From the NCBI GenBank assembly GCA_038087875.1, contig JAXLNO010003758.1, positions 62,001 through 126,000 on the forward strand: DNA of 64,000 nt, in the 5' to 3' direction. This DNA comes from Malacoraja senta (taxonomy: Eukaryota). Shown here piece after piece: positions 12,501-24,492 of the stretch; position 1 is the first letter of the stretch, and each line of letters starts with the position of its first letter. The notes under the pieces were generated by a model. It did not search any database, was not told the origin of the DNA, and saw only the letters and a list, made by a program, of their open reading frames with translations. Made by a program: the position numbers and the translations under genes.

Positions 12501-12802
12501 TGCAATTTGCCCGACACCATGACAAAGCGACCAGCAGGGTCTTCCACAGTTTTCTGTGGTTCGAACTTAATGTTCTTATGAATCAGGATAGCCCTATTAT
12601 TACATTTCGAGTGAAATAGTTGACTAATCCAGCCTCTCTTAAGCCGTGTTACCTCTCTGTTGCGAAGGTGGGTCTCTTGGATGAAGAATATATCACCTTT
12701 GAGCTGTTGCAAATGGGCCAAGATCCTATCAGTTTTGGTAGGACTTCCCGTCCCTCTCACATTCCACGAGACAAATCTAAGAGTATCGTTTGTGTTGGCC
12801 AT
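9029..12802 (-). pseudogene. L1 ORF2p (APE endonuclease, RT, CCHC), frameshifted
   Basis: SWNVRG..QETHL, GDFN, SDH; KSPGPDGF, YRPFSLLNVD, LDAEKAFDRVEW, YADD, CNRCSQSPANHSHMFWSC, split across several ORFs. Confidence 0.95.
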
Positions 12803-12871
12803 ATTTAGCTATATGGGTAATGCGCTGTAGTTCTGCAAAACGAGACGGAAGAGCGCATTGAAGCCAGCTGC

Positions 12872-13187
12872 NNNNNNNNNNNNNNNNNNNNNNNNNNNNN
12901 NNNNNNNNNNNNNNNNNNNNNNNNNNNNNNNNNNNNNNNNNNNNNNNNNNNNNNNNNNNNNNNNNNNNNNNNNNNNNNNNNNNNNNNNNNNNNNNNNNNN
13001 NNNNNNNNNNNNNNNNNNNNNNNNNNNNNNNNNNNNNNNNNNNNNNNNNNNNNNNNNNNNNNNNNNNNNNNNNNNNNNNNNNNNNNNNNNNNNNNNNNNN
13101 NNNNNNNNNNNNNNNNNNNNNNNNNNNNNNNNNNNNNNNNNNNNNNNNNNNNNNNNNNNNNNNNNNNNNNNNNNNNNNNNNNNNNNN
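12872..13187. other. Assembly gap (316 N)
   Basis: Run of N. Confidence 1.
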
Positions 13188-14227
13188 CACACACAGCAAA
13201 CAAGTGGAACACATATCATTTAACCATCTTTCAAACCTGAGACTCCAGACCTGAGATCCCCCATGTCTCAACTGAATCTTAAGTGCCCATTGCACCAAGG
13301 TGCGTTGTCCTCGCTTCCGCATGGAGATATCCAATCTTAACTCCTTATATCACCGCTTCCCAAAGCGACGGTCACTCAGTGTCGATAAGATAACATGAAG
13401 TAAAATAAGTATAGTAATAGTAATAATGACGATGATGATAATAATTTGAAAAATAGAGAGTAGGAATAAAGTAAGATAAACATACATTGATAAATGCAAA
13501 GTTAAAATAATAACCATAATGGTTGCACTGCCAGTACCATTGCTAACACTAATAGTAATAATAGCAATGATGATAGTCACAATAAGACAAAGCATATTAA
13601 CAAAATGGTGATAGTAAATAAACCGGCTAACGTGTAAGTGGATCCGGAATAACTTCCTTTGGTGTTACATAGTATGTCTTAAAATCGACAAAGTATAAAG
13701 AGAGAGTTGGCGTTGGAAAGGTTAGCAAATTACAAACTGGGCTGTTGGATTAAAGCACAGCGCTAAAGGCATCAATTATGTTTTGTTAAACAAAAAAGGT
13801 ATAAGATAAGATTTATATAACACCGCCCTGGCTGTAATGAGCTCTTATCAGCCCCAGACAGTTCGTATAAGCAAACTAGCCAGGTGCTGACAGCGTTAGC
13901 GGGCAGCTGTTAAGAACAGGAAGGCAGAGACCAAATCACAAACCACAAAGTGGGTCCTTTAAGCCCAGTTTTATAGCATATGCTGGTGAGGGACCCCTCA
14001 AGTATGATTACACATAGACAATATAAGAACAAGTTAGTATAAAATATTCGCAAATCCTGGTGATTTCTTACCAGCCACATACATTTTGAAACCGGGGTCT
14101 AGTATAATCAGCAATGCTGAACGCTAACCATAGCTAGTTATTAGGAACAGTCAAGCTAAAGTTAGTCCATGTAACCATAGATTAACCGGGCCCCTGTGCC
14201 ACTCGAATATAGACGTACTGAACGAAG

Positions 14228-15016
14228 TCAGTCATCTGTGGGTCCCGGTCTGCGTCGATGGTAAGATGAGATGAAATCCTGAGCGTCCTTGGGAGATGTT
14301 AGTCGTCGCCTCTTTCCCTCCCCGGACATTATGAACAGCTTGGCTGGATAATGAAGGGAGGGTTTGAGACCCAGGTTATACAGCTCCTTCATAACGTCTC
14401 GGTACTCGAAGCGTTGTTCAACTATCTCGGGACGGTAGTCTTCGAAAATGTGGAACGGGGTATCTTTGTATTTCAGCTTACCCCTCTGTCTCCGAGCCTC
14501 ACGTACCACCAACTCACGGGTCTGGTATCTATGGAAGCAGATCACAACTGCTCTGGGTTTTTCACCAACGCTTGGCTTGGCTGTTAGCGTACGGTGGGCT
14601 CGGTCTAGCTCCGGGGCTGATTCCAGTATGTGTTTGCCAAGAGTCTCGAGCAAAAGTTGAGAGAAAAACGCTGTTGTTTGGGAGCCCTCGATATTCTCGG
14701 GAACCACTATCCTTATGTTATTTCGGCGACTCCTGACTTCCAGGCCGATAAGCTTAGCCTTTAGCTTGGCGTTCTCTTCGGTCACCGTAGTTAACATTAA
14801 CGTTATAGCTCGTGGTAGCGGCAAGAGACTCTAATGACGAGAGACGGTGTTGGTGGTCTAACATAGTGGTCTGGATATTGTCCAGCTTCGTTTCGAATTT
14901 GGTAACGCAGTGTTGAATTCTGCCAGTAACAATACCTTATGTTCTGTTATCATGGCTGCTAGCGTGGCCGTCGGGTCTTCTGTCTTTTGCTCTGCTTTCT
15001 TTCCTTTGTTTGGCAT
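14228..15016 (-). pseudogene. L1 ORF1p, frameshifted
   Basis: MPNKGKKAEQ...; LEVRSRRNNIRIV, LDRAHR, PRAVVICFHRY, IFEDY, LHYPAKL. Confidence 0.92.
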
Positions 15017-15332
15017 CTTTACAACGTAGAGAGGTACTGACAATGATGTTTAAATGTTTGTGGGTGGTTAAAAAACTTAGACTGAGCTGTAATAAAAGTT
15101 GGAGGTGAAAAGGTCGGGAGCGTGGAAAAGTGCGACTACTCCAACATGTCGCCCCCACCGGAAGTCTCTTTCACCTTTTTTACTTTATACCATATTATAA
15201 TTTTAATTTTGAATGGAATTATAAGCTTACAGACACTGTATATGTATGCTTTTACTCAACAGAAACTGCCAGAAACTTTAAACGAATCTACAATAACACA
15301 TACCAAAAACAGATAAGGACCTTGAAGGCATA

Positions 15333-15895
15333 GGTTCATATAGAGCAATAGCTCTCTTAAATACTGATCAGAAAATATTAACTAAAATTCTAGCACATAG
15401 ATTAAGTTTAGTGATTAATAAATTAGTACACCCCAACCAAACAGGTTTTATTCCAAAACGATACTCATCTTATAATTTGAGACGATTATTCAATATTATA
15501 TATTCAAATAGAATTGCTAATGTAGACCTAGTAATCATTTCGTTAGATGCTGAAAAAGCATTTGATCAGGTGGAATGGCCCTATCTATTTTCGGTGATGG
15601 AAAATTTTCAACTGGGCGAGAAGTACTGCACATTCTTATATACTAACCCAACAGCTAGAAAATTAACAAACCAAATGTTATCAACTAAATTTAACTTATC
15701 TAGATGTTGTAGACAAGGATGCCCGCTATCTCCGTTATTATTCGCTCTCGCTATTGAACCATTAGCAGAAAGTGTTAGAGCCCATCCAGAAATATATGGG
15801 TATAATACCAAAGACACAGTGAATAAAATGTCTTTATATGCAGATGATGTATTAATATACATTAGAAACCCAGAAACTAGCATTCCAAACCTATC
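15333..15895 (+). pseudogene. Host L1 ORF2 RT piece
   Basis: GSYRAIALLNTDQKILTKILAHRL..HPNQTGF..LDAEKAFDQVEW..RQGCPLSPLLFALAIEP..YADDVLIY. Confidence 0.92.
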
Positions 15896-16968
15896 CAAAC
15901 AGGGCAGTTTACTGTTCTGGATGTCAGATGTGGGAAGTCATGGAGTCTGATAGCCCTCCAGACGTCCACATCTGCGCCAGGTGTATCGAGATGGGGCTCC
16001 TAATGGACCGTATTAGGAACCTGGAGCAGCAACTCGATGACCTCCGTCTGGTCAGGGAGAGCGAGGAAGTCATTGAGAGGAGTTACAGGGATGTGGTCAC
16101 TCCAACACCACAGGAGGCAGGCAAGTGGATCACGGTTGGGAGAGGCAAGGGGCACAGGCAGGGACTAGAGAGTACCCCGGTGGCTGTACACCTTGACAAT
16201 AAGTACTCCTGTTTGAGCACTGTTGGGGTGGACAGCCTACGTGGGGGTAGCGACAGCGGCCGGGCCTCCGGTATAGAGACCGGTCCTGTTGCTCAGAAGG
16301 GTAAGGAAAAGAAGAGGAGGGCAATATTAATAGGGGACTCTATAGTTAGGGGGTCAGACAGGCGATTCTGTGGACGCAGTCGGGAGACCCGGATGGTAGT
16401 TTGCCTCCCTGGTGCCAGGGTCTGTGATGTGTCTCAACGTGTCCAAGACATCCTGAAAGGGCAGGGAGAGGAGCCCGAGGTCGTGATACATATAGGTACC
16501 AATGACATAGGTAAAAAAAGAGAAGAGGTCCTGAAAGGAGAATTTAGGGAGTTAGGAGGGGAGTTAAAGAGAAGGACAGCAAAGGTAACAATCTCGGGAT
16601 TACTGCCTGTGCCACGCGACAGTGAGAGTAGGAATGGAGCGAGGTGGAGGATAAATGCGTGGCTGAAGGACTGGTGCAGAAGGCAGGGATTCAAATTTCT
16701 GGATCATTGGGACCTCTTTTGTGGAAGGTTCGACCTGTACAAAAAGGATGGGTTGCACTTGAACCTGAGGGGGACCGATATCCTGGCAGGGAGATCTGCA
16801 AAGGCTACTGGGGAGACTTTAAACTAGAATGGTTGGGGGGAGGGACTCAAATAGAGAATGCTATTAGACAGTGTGTGAGGCAGGAGGCAGAGAAGGAAAG
16901 CACTCAGACCCAACATGTAGGGGGGGAAGAAGAAAACAATAATAAACAGAGAATAAGAGGTGGTGGGG
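15896..16968 (+). mobile_element. CR1 (family A) ORF1 with SGNH-esterase domain plus start of ORF2
   Basis: GDSIVRG, HIGTND, DGLHLN and an N-terminal zinc-finger C..C remnant; homologous to 30365-31400. Confidence 0.92.
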
Positions 16969-16969
16969 A

Positions 16970-17575
16970 TCTTAGAGATTAGAGAGATTCCTTTATTTGT
17001 CATTCAGACCTTGCGGTCTGAACGAAATTTCGTTGCCTGCAGTCATACATATAATAATAAATGACAAAACACACAATAAACACAAATTAACATCCACCAC
17101 AGTGAGTTCACCAGGTACCTCCTCACTGTGATGGAGGCAAAAGTCTTAAAGTCTCTGTCTCTTTCCGCTTTCTTCTCCCTCTGCGCTGAGGCGATCCAGG
17201 CTTCTGATGCTGTGACCCTGCCGGGCGACGGTAAGCCAGTCCAGCGGCCGAATCCGTGCTCCGCGACGGGCCGGCTCAAACTCCGCGGCCCGGGGTGGTC
17301 GAAGCTGCCGAAGCTGCCGCCCTCCAGTCCAGCGGACGCAGCTGTAGTTGCGGGAGCCCCAGAAAAACAGGTCACCAACCTGTGACCTGCGCGCTCCCGA
17401 CGATGTCGTCCACTGGGCCCGCGGCCGAGCCTCCGGATTCAGGTCGCCACCAGTGTCCTCGGTCGCCACCGCCGGAACGCCACCGCAGCTCCGAAGCCGG
17501 CCAGCCTCGCGCTCCCGAAGATGTCGTCCACTGGGCCAGCTGCGGCCGAGCCTCCGGATTCAGGTCGCCACCAGT
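16970..17575 (-). mobile_element. Non-coding SINE-like element with Rex1/Babar-like 3' end
   Basis: GC-rich body with an internal ~55-bp duplication, AACGAAATTTCGTT palindrome and short-repeat tail; related to 42336-42694. Confidence 0.6.
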
Positions 17576-20500
17576 GACCTGGGTGAGCAGAGAAACAGAG
17601 GGGTGTAAAATGCGGGCGGAAGCAATAGGTAGCAAGGTGAAAAGTAAAAGTGGCAGGCAGACAAATCCAGGGCAAAAATCAAAAAGAGCCACTTTTCAAC
17701 ATAATTGTATAAGGGGTAAGAGCGTTGTAAAAACAAGCCTGAAGGCTTTGTGTCTCAATGCAAGGAGCATTCGTAATAAGGGGGATGAGTTGAACGTGCA
17801 GATAGCAATTAATGATTATGATATAGTTGGGATCACGGAGACATGGCTCCAGGGTGACCAAGGCTGGGAGCTGAACATCCAGGGATATTCAATTTTCAGG
17901 AGGGATAGAGAGAAAGGAAAAGGAGGTGGGGTAGCGTTGCTGGTTAGAGGGGAGATTAACGCAGTGGAAAGGAAGGACATTAGCTTGGAGGATGTGGAAT
18001 CCGTATGGGTAGAGCTGCGAAACACTAAGGGGCAGAAAACGCTGGTGGGTGTTGTGTACAGGCCACCTAGCAGTAGTAGTGAAGTTGGGGATGGCATCAA
18101 ACAGGAAATTAGAAATGCGTGCAACAAAGGCAAAACAGTTATAATGGGTGACTTCAATCTACATATAGATTGGGTGAATCAAATTGGCAGGGGTGCTGAG
18201 GAAGAGGAATTCTTGGAATGTATGAGGGATAGTTATCTAAACCAACATGTAGAGGAACCAACGAGAGAGCAGGCTATTCTAGACTGGGTATTGAGTAATG
18301 AGGAAGGGTTAGTTAGCAGACTTGTTGTGCGTGCCCCCTTGGGCAAGAGTGACCATAATATGGTTGAGTTCTTCATTAGGATGGAGAGTGACATTGTTAA
18401 TTCAGAAACAACGGTTCTGAACTTAAAGAAAGGTAACGTTGAGGGTATGAGATGTGAATTGGCCAAGATTGACTGGCAATTAGTTCTAAAAGGGTTGACG
18501 GTGGATATGCAATGGAAGGCATTTAAAGACTGCATGGATGAACTACAAAAATTGTTCATCCCAGTTTGGCAAAAGAATAAATCAGGGAAGGTAGTGCATC
18601 CGTGGATAACAAGGGAAATCAGGGATAGTATCAAAGCAAAAGATGATGCGTACAAATTAGCCAGAAAAAGCAGCATACCAGAGGACTGGGAGAAATTCAG
18701 AGACCAGCAGAGGAGGACAAATGGCTTAATTAGGAAAGGGAAAATAGATTATGAAAGGAAACTGGCAGGGAACATAAAAACTGACTGCAAAAGTTTTTAT
18801 AGATATGTGAAGAGAAAGAGATTAGTTAAAACAAATGTAGGTCCCTTGCAGTCAGAAACAGGTGAATTGATCATGGGGAACAAGGATATGGCGGACCAAT
18901 TGAATTAACTACTTTGGTTCCGTCTTCACTAAGGAAGACATAAATAATCTGCCGGAAATAGCAGGGGGCCGCAGGTCAAAGGAGATGGAGGAACTGAGTG
19001 AAATCCAGGTTAGTCGGGAAGTGGTGTTGGGTAAATTGAATGGATTAAAGGCCGATAAATCACCAGGGCCAGATAGGCTGCATCCCAGAGTACTTAAGGA
19101 AGTAGCTCCAGAAATAGTGGATGCATTAGTGCTAATTTTTCAAAACTCTTTAGATTCTGGAGTAGTTCCTGAGGATTGGAGGGTAGCAAACGTAACCCCA
19201 CTTTTTAAGAAGGGAGGGAGAGAGAAAACGGGGAATTACAGACCAGTTAGTCTAACATCGGTAGTGGGGAAACTGCTAGAGTCAGTTATTAAAGATGGGA
19301 TAGCAGCACATTTGGAAAGTGGTGAAATCATTGGACAAAGTAAGCATGGATTTACGAAAGGTAAATCGTGTCTGACGAATCTTATAGAATTTTTCGAGGA
19401 TGTAACTAGTAGAGTGGATAGGGGAGAACCAGTGGATGTGTTGTATCTGGACTTTCAGAAGGCTTTCGACAAGGTACCACATAAGAGATTAGGATACAAA
19501 CTTAAATCACACGGTATTGGGGGTTCAGTATTGATGTGGATAGAGAACTGGCTGGCAAACAGGAAGCAAAGAGTAGGAGTAAACGGGTCCTTTTCACAAT
19601 GGCAGGCAGTGACTAGTGGGGTACCGCAAGGCTCAGTGCTGGGACCCCAGCTATTTACAATTTATATTAATGATCTGGACGAGGGAATTGAAAGCAACAT
19701 CTCCAAGTTTGCGGATGACACTAAGCTGGGGGGCAGTGTTAGCTGTGAGGAGGATGCTAGGAGACTGCAAGGTGACTTGGATAGGCTGGGTGAGTGGGCA
19801 AATGTTTGGCAGATGCAGTATAATGTGGATAAATGTGAGGTTATCTACTTTGGTGGCAAGAACGGGAAGGCAGACTATTATCTAAATGGTGGCCGATTAG
19901 GAAATGGGGAGATGCAGCGAGACCTGGGTGTCATGGTACACCAGTCATTGAAAGTAGGCATGCAGGTGCAGCAGGCAGTGAAGAAAGCGAATGGTATGTT
20001 GGCCTTCATAGCAAGAGGATTTGAGTATAGGAGCAGGGAGGTTCTACTGCAGTTGTACAGGGTCTTGGTGAGACCACACCTGGAGTATTGCGTACAGTTT
20101 TGGTCTCCAAATCTGAGGAAGGACATTATAGCCATAGAGGGAGTGCAGAGAAGGTTCACCAGACTGATTCCTGGGATGTCAGGACTTTCATATGAAGAAA
20201 GACTGGATAGACTTGGCTTATACTCGCTAGAATTTAGGAGATTGAGAGGGGATCTTACATAGAAATTAGGTGCAGGAGTAGGCCATTCGGCCCTTCGAGC
20301 CTGCACCGCCATTCAATACGATCATGGCTGATCATCCAACTCAGTATCCCGTACCTGCCTTCTCTCCATACCCCCTGATCCCTTTAGCCACAAGGGCCAC
20401 ATCTAATTCCCTCTTAAATATAGCCAATGAACTGGCCTCAACTACCCTCTGTGGCAGAGAGTTCCAGAGATTCACCACTCTCTGTGTGAAAAAGTTTTTC

Positions 20501-21297
20501 CTCATCTCGGTCTTAAAGGATTTTCCCCTTATCCTTAAGCTGTGACCCCTTGTCCTGGACTTCCCCAACATCGGGAACAATCTTCCTGCATCTAGCCTGT
20601 CCAACCCCATAAGAATCTTGTACGTTTCTATAAGATCCCCTCTCAATCTCCTAAATTCTAGCGAGTATAAGCCAAGTCTATCCAGTCTTTCTTCATATGA
20701 AAGTCCTGACATCCCAGGAATCAGTCTGGTGAACCTTCTCTGCACTCCCTCTATGGCTATAATGTCCTTCCTCAGATTTGGAGACCAAAACTGTACGCAA
20801 TACTCCAGGTGTGGTCTCACCAAGACCCTGTACAACTGCAGTAGAACCTCACTGCTCCTATACTCAAATCCTCTTGCTATGAAGGCCAACATACCATTCG
20901 CTTTCTTCACTTATAGAAACGTACAAAATTCTTATGGGGTTGGACAGGCTAGATGCAGGAAGATTGTTCCCGATGTTGGGGAAGTCCAGGACAAGGGGTC
21001 ACAGCTTAAGGATAAGGGGGAAATCCTTTAAGACCGAGATGAGGAAAAACTTTTTCACACAGAGAGTGGTGAATCTCTGGAACTCTCTGCCACAGAGGGT
21101 AGTTGAGGCCAGTTCATTGGCTATATTTAAGAGGGAGTTAGATGTGGCCCTTGTGGCTAAGGGGATCAGGGGTTATGGAGAGAAGGCCGGTACGGGATAC
21201 TGAGTTGGATGATCAGCCATGATCATATTGAATGGCGGTGCAGGCTCGAAGGGCCGAATGGGCTACTCCTGCACCTATTTTCTATGTATCTATGTAT
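17576..21297 (+). mobile_element. CR1 (family B) ORF2 EN+RT and 3' end with (CTATGTAT)n tail
   Basis: NARSIRNK, ITETW, GDFN, SDH; [27 protein letters not shown]; interrupted at 20258-20850. Confidence 0.95.
20258..20850 (-). mobile_element. 5'-truncated CR1-B copy inserted antisense into its own family member
   Basis: Near-identical protein to the host 3' region; flanked by TTA (GGATCTTA|...|TTATAGAAAC). Confidence 0.9.
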
Positions 21298-21527
21298 CTA
21301 CTAACTCAATTTTGTTTGTTCTCGGGATATAGAATTAATTGGAATAAAAGCGAAATCATGCCAATAACGGATCACAATTTACATACATTGCAACAATTCC
21401 CCTTTAAAATAGTCCATAAAAAATTTAAATATCTAGGAATTTATCTAACTAAGACATATACTTCTTTATTTAAATTAAACTTCCCACCCTTACTGAATAA
21501 ACTACATAAGAATATTCAGTATTAGAA
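21298..21527 (+). pseudogene. Host L1 ORF2 piece
   Basis: LTQFCLFSGYRINWNKSEIM...FKYLGIYLT...NIQY; continues the frame left at 15895. Confidence 0.88.
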
Positions 21528-22861
21528 ACGTAGAAAATAGGTGCAGGAGTAGGCCATTCGGCCCTTCGAGCCTGCACCGCCATTGAATATGATCATAGCT
21601 GATCATCCAACTCAGCATCCTGTACCTGCTTTCTCTCCATACCCCCTGATCCATTTAGCCACAAGGGCCACATCTAACTCCCTCTTAAATATAGCCAATG
21701 AACTGGCCTCAACTACATTCTGTGGCAGAGAATTCCAGAGATTCACCACTCTCTGAGTAAAAAATGTTTTTCCCATCTCAGTCCTAAAAGACTTCCCCTT
21801 TATTCTTAAACTGTGACCCCTTGTTCTGGACTTCCCCAACATCGGGAACAATCTTCCTGCATCTAGCCTGTCCAACCCCTTAAGAATTTTGTAAGTTTCT
21901 ATAAGATCCCCCCTCAATCTTCTAAATTCTAGCGAGTACAAGCCGAGTCTATCCAGTCTTTCTTCATATGAAAGTCCTGACATCCCAGGAATCAGTCTGG
22001 TGAACCTTCTCTGTACTCCCTCTATGGCAGATTGGGAGACCAAAACTGTATGCAATACTCCAGGTGTGGTCTCACCAAGACCCTGTACAACTGCAGTAGA
22101 ACCTCCCTGCTCCTATACTCAAATCCTTTTGCTATGAATGCTAACATACCATTCGCCTTCTTCACTGCCTGCTGCACCTGCATGCCTACTTTCAATGACT
22201 GGTGTACCATGACACCCAGGTCTCGTTGCATCTCTCCTTTTCCTAATCGGCCACCATTCAGGTAATAGTCTACTTTCCTGTTTTTGCCACCAAAGTGGAT
22301 ACCCTCACATTTATCCACATTATACTGCATCTGCCATGCATTTGCCCACTCACCCAGCCTATCAAAGTCATCTTGCAGCCTCCTTGCATCCTCCTCACAA
22401 CTAACACTGCCCCCCAGCTTCGTGTCATCAGCAAACTTGGAGATGTTGCATTCAATTCCCTCGTCCAAATCATTAATATATATTGTAAATAGCTGGGATC
22501 CCAGCACTGAGCCTTGCGGTACCCCACTAGTTACTGCCTGCCATTCTGAAAAGGACCCGTTAACTCCTACTCTTTGCTCCCTGTCTGAATTTCTCCCAGT
22601 CCTCTAGGCTGCTTTTTTTCTGGCTAATTTGTATGCTTCATCTTTTGTTTTGATACTATCCCTGATTTCCCTTGCTATCCACGGATGCACTACCTTCCCT
22701 GATTTATTCTTTTGCCAAACTGGGATGAACAATTGTTGCAGTTCATCCATGCAGCCTTTAAATGCCTTCCATTGCATATCCACCGTCAACCCATTAAGAA
22801 TCAATTGTCAGTCTATCTTGGCCAATTCACGTCTCATACCCTCAAAGTTACCTTTCTTTAA

Positions 22862-22974
22862 TCAGTCTGAAGAAGGGACATCAGTCTGAAGAAGGGTTTC
22901 GGCCCAAAACTTTGCCTATTTCCTTCGTTGCATAGATGCTGCTGCACCCGCTGAGTTTCTCCAGCATTTTTGTG
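22862..22974 (+). repeat. Penelope pLTR-derived hammerhead-motif repeat (core mutated), 13-bp TSD
   Basis: CTGAAGAAGGGTTTCGGCCCAAAAC..TTGTG; TSD TACCTTTCTTTAA at 22849-22861 and 22975-22987. Confidence 0.85.
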
Positions 22975-23101
22975 TACCTTTCTTTAAGTTCAGAACCCTT
23001 GTTTCTGAATTAATTATGTCACTCTCCATCCTAATGAAGAACTCAACCATATTATGGTCACTCTTGCCCAAGGGGCCACGCACAACAAGACTGCTAACTA
23101 A

Positions 23102-23188
23102 GAAGGGTTTCGGCCCGAAACGTTGCCTATTTCCTTCGCTCCATAGATGCTGCTGCACCCGCTGAGTTTCTCCAGCATTTTTGTGTAC
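23102..23188 (+). repeat. Penelope pLTR-derived repeat, 5'-truncated, 11-bp TSD
   Basis: TSD CTGCTAACTAA at 23091-23101 and 23189-23199. Confidence 0.85.
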
Positions 23189-23579
23189 CTGCTAACTAAC
23201 CCTCATTACTCAATACCCAGTCTAGAATAGCCTGTTCTCTCGTTGGTTCATCTACATGTTGGTCTAGAAAACTATCCCGCATACATTCCAAGAAATCCTC
23301 TTCCTCAGCACCCTTGCCGATTTGATTCACCCCATCTATATGTAGATTGAAGTCACCCATTATAAATGTTTTACCTTTGTTGCACGCATTTTTAATTTCC
23401 TGTTTGATGCCATCCCCAACTCCACTACTACTGTTAGGTGGCCTGTACACAACTCCCACTAGCGTTTTCTGCCCCTTAGCGTTTTGCAGCTCTACCCATA
23501 TTGATTCCACATCCTCCAAGCTAATGTCCTTCCTTTCTATTGCGTTAATCTCCTCCCTAACCAGCAACGCTACCCCACC

Positions 23580-24492
23580 TATTGGAAAACACTCCCTATT
23601 TCAATGTTTGGTAGAATTAATGCTATAAAAATGAGTTTTCTACCGCAATTATTGTACCTCTTTCAATCAATATATCTCCCGCCCCCCCAATTTAAAAAAA
23701 AAAGTTGATTCCATTGTCACAAGCTTTATTTGGGATTATAAGAATCATAGAATAAGCAAAAAACATTTATGTAAATCAAAGACAAATGGAGGTTTAGCTT
23801 TACCAAATTTTTTGTTTTATTTCTGGGCAATCAATATTAAAAATATGAACTTCTGGTTGGAAGAAATGGATCAGTAACCAGACTGGTTGAAGATGGAAAA
23901 TGAAGACTGCTTACCTTTGGTTTAATTTTTTTTGCTCCACAAAATTGAACAAAAAAACCTATAGTGAAAACCCTATAATATATAGTGGTTTACGAATTTG
24001 GAAACAATTAAAAAAGACTTTAAAATTGGATAACTTATCACTATTACTTCCCATTCTAAATAATCCTTTATTCAACCCCTCTGTGTTGGATAAAGGTTTT
24101 ATACAATGGAAAAATCATGGAATTAAAAAGATGGCACTTTTCTTTCATTTCAGGAGTTACAACAGATTCATGGACTACACTCAAATAACTTTTTCAGATT
24201 ATAGAACTAGAGAACCAGAAACTCTTGATGAATGTTTGAATAAACATCCTAATACAGAAAAATTAATATCTCATTTATAATACCCTCTTAGACAGTGAGG
24301 TCCCGCCGACGGAATTATATAGACAAACATGGGAAAATGAATTAGGCCAACCTATAATGAAAGATATTTGGGACGAAAGTCTACAACATATACATCAATG
24401 CTCGTTAAATGCCAGACTCTCTTTAATACAATTTAAAGCATTACATAGACTACATTACTCTAAAACAAAATTAAATAGAATCTTCCCACATA
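23580..24492 (+). pseudogene. Host L1 ORF2 piece
   Basis: YWKTLPISMFGRINAIKMSFLPQLLYLFQS ... GGLALPNF ... QFKALHRLHYSKTKLNRIFPH. Confidence 0.88.

Larger units (their letters stand above)
8903..15166 (-). mobile_element. Full-length L1-clade LINE (fish-type) with TSD
   Basis: 5' end GACTTCCGG, then ORF1, long spacer, ORF2 and AATAAA. TSD TCTTTCAC(T/C)TTTT at 8890-8902 and 15167-15179 (T/AAAA-type on minus). Confidence 0.9.
21524..23579 (-). mobile_element. Internally deleted CR1-B containing two hammerhead-type repeats
   Basis: EN, RT and 3' pieces on minus; TATT duplicated at the host junctions. Confidence 0.85.

Noticed and set aside
12777-13334. ORFs spanning the N run
   Set aside because: Artefacts of the assembly gap.
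17256-18908. 550-aa ORF with a novel-looking N-terminus
   Set aside because: Chance in-frame fusion of the antisense SINE-like element with CR1 ORF2 endonuclease.
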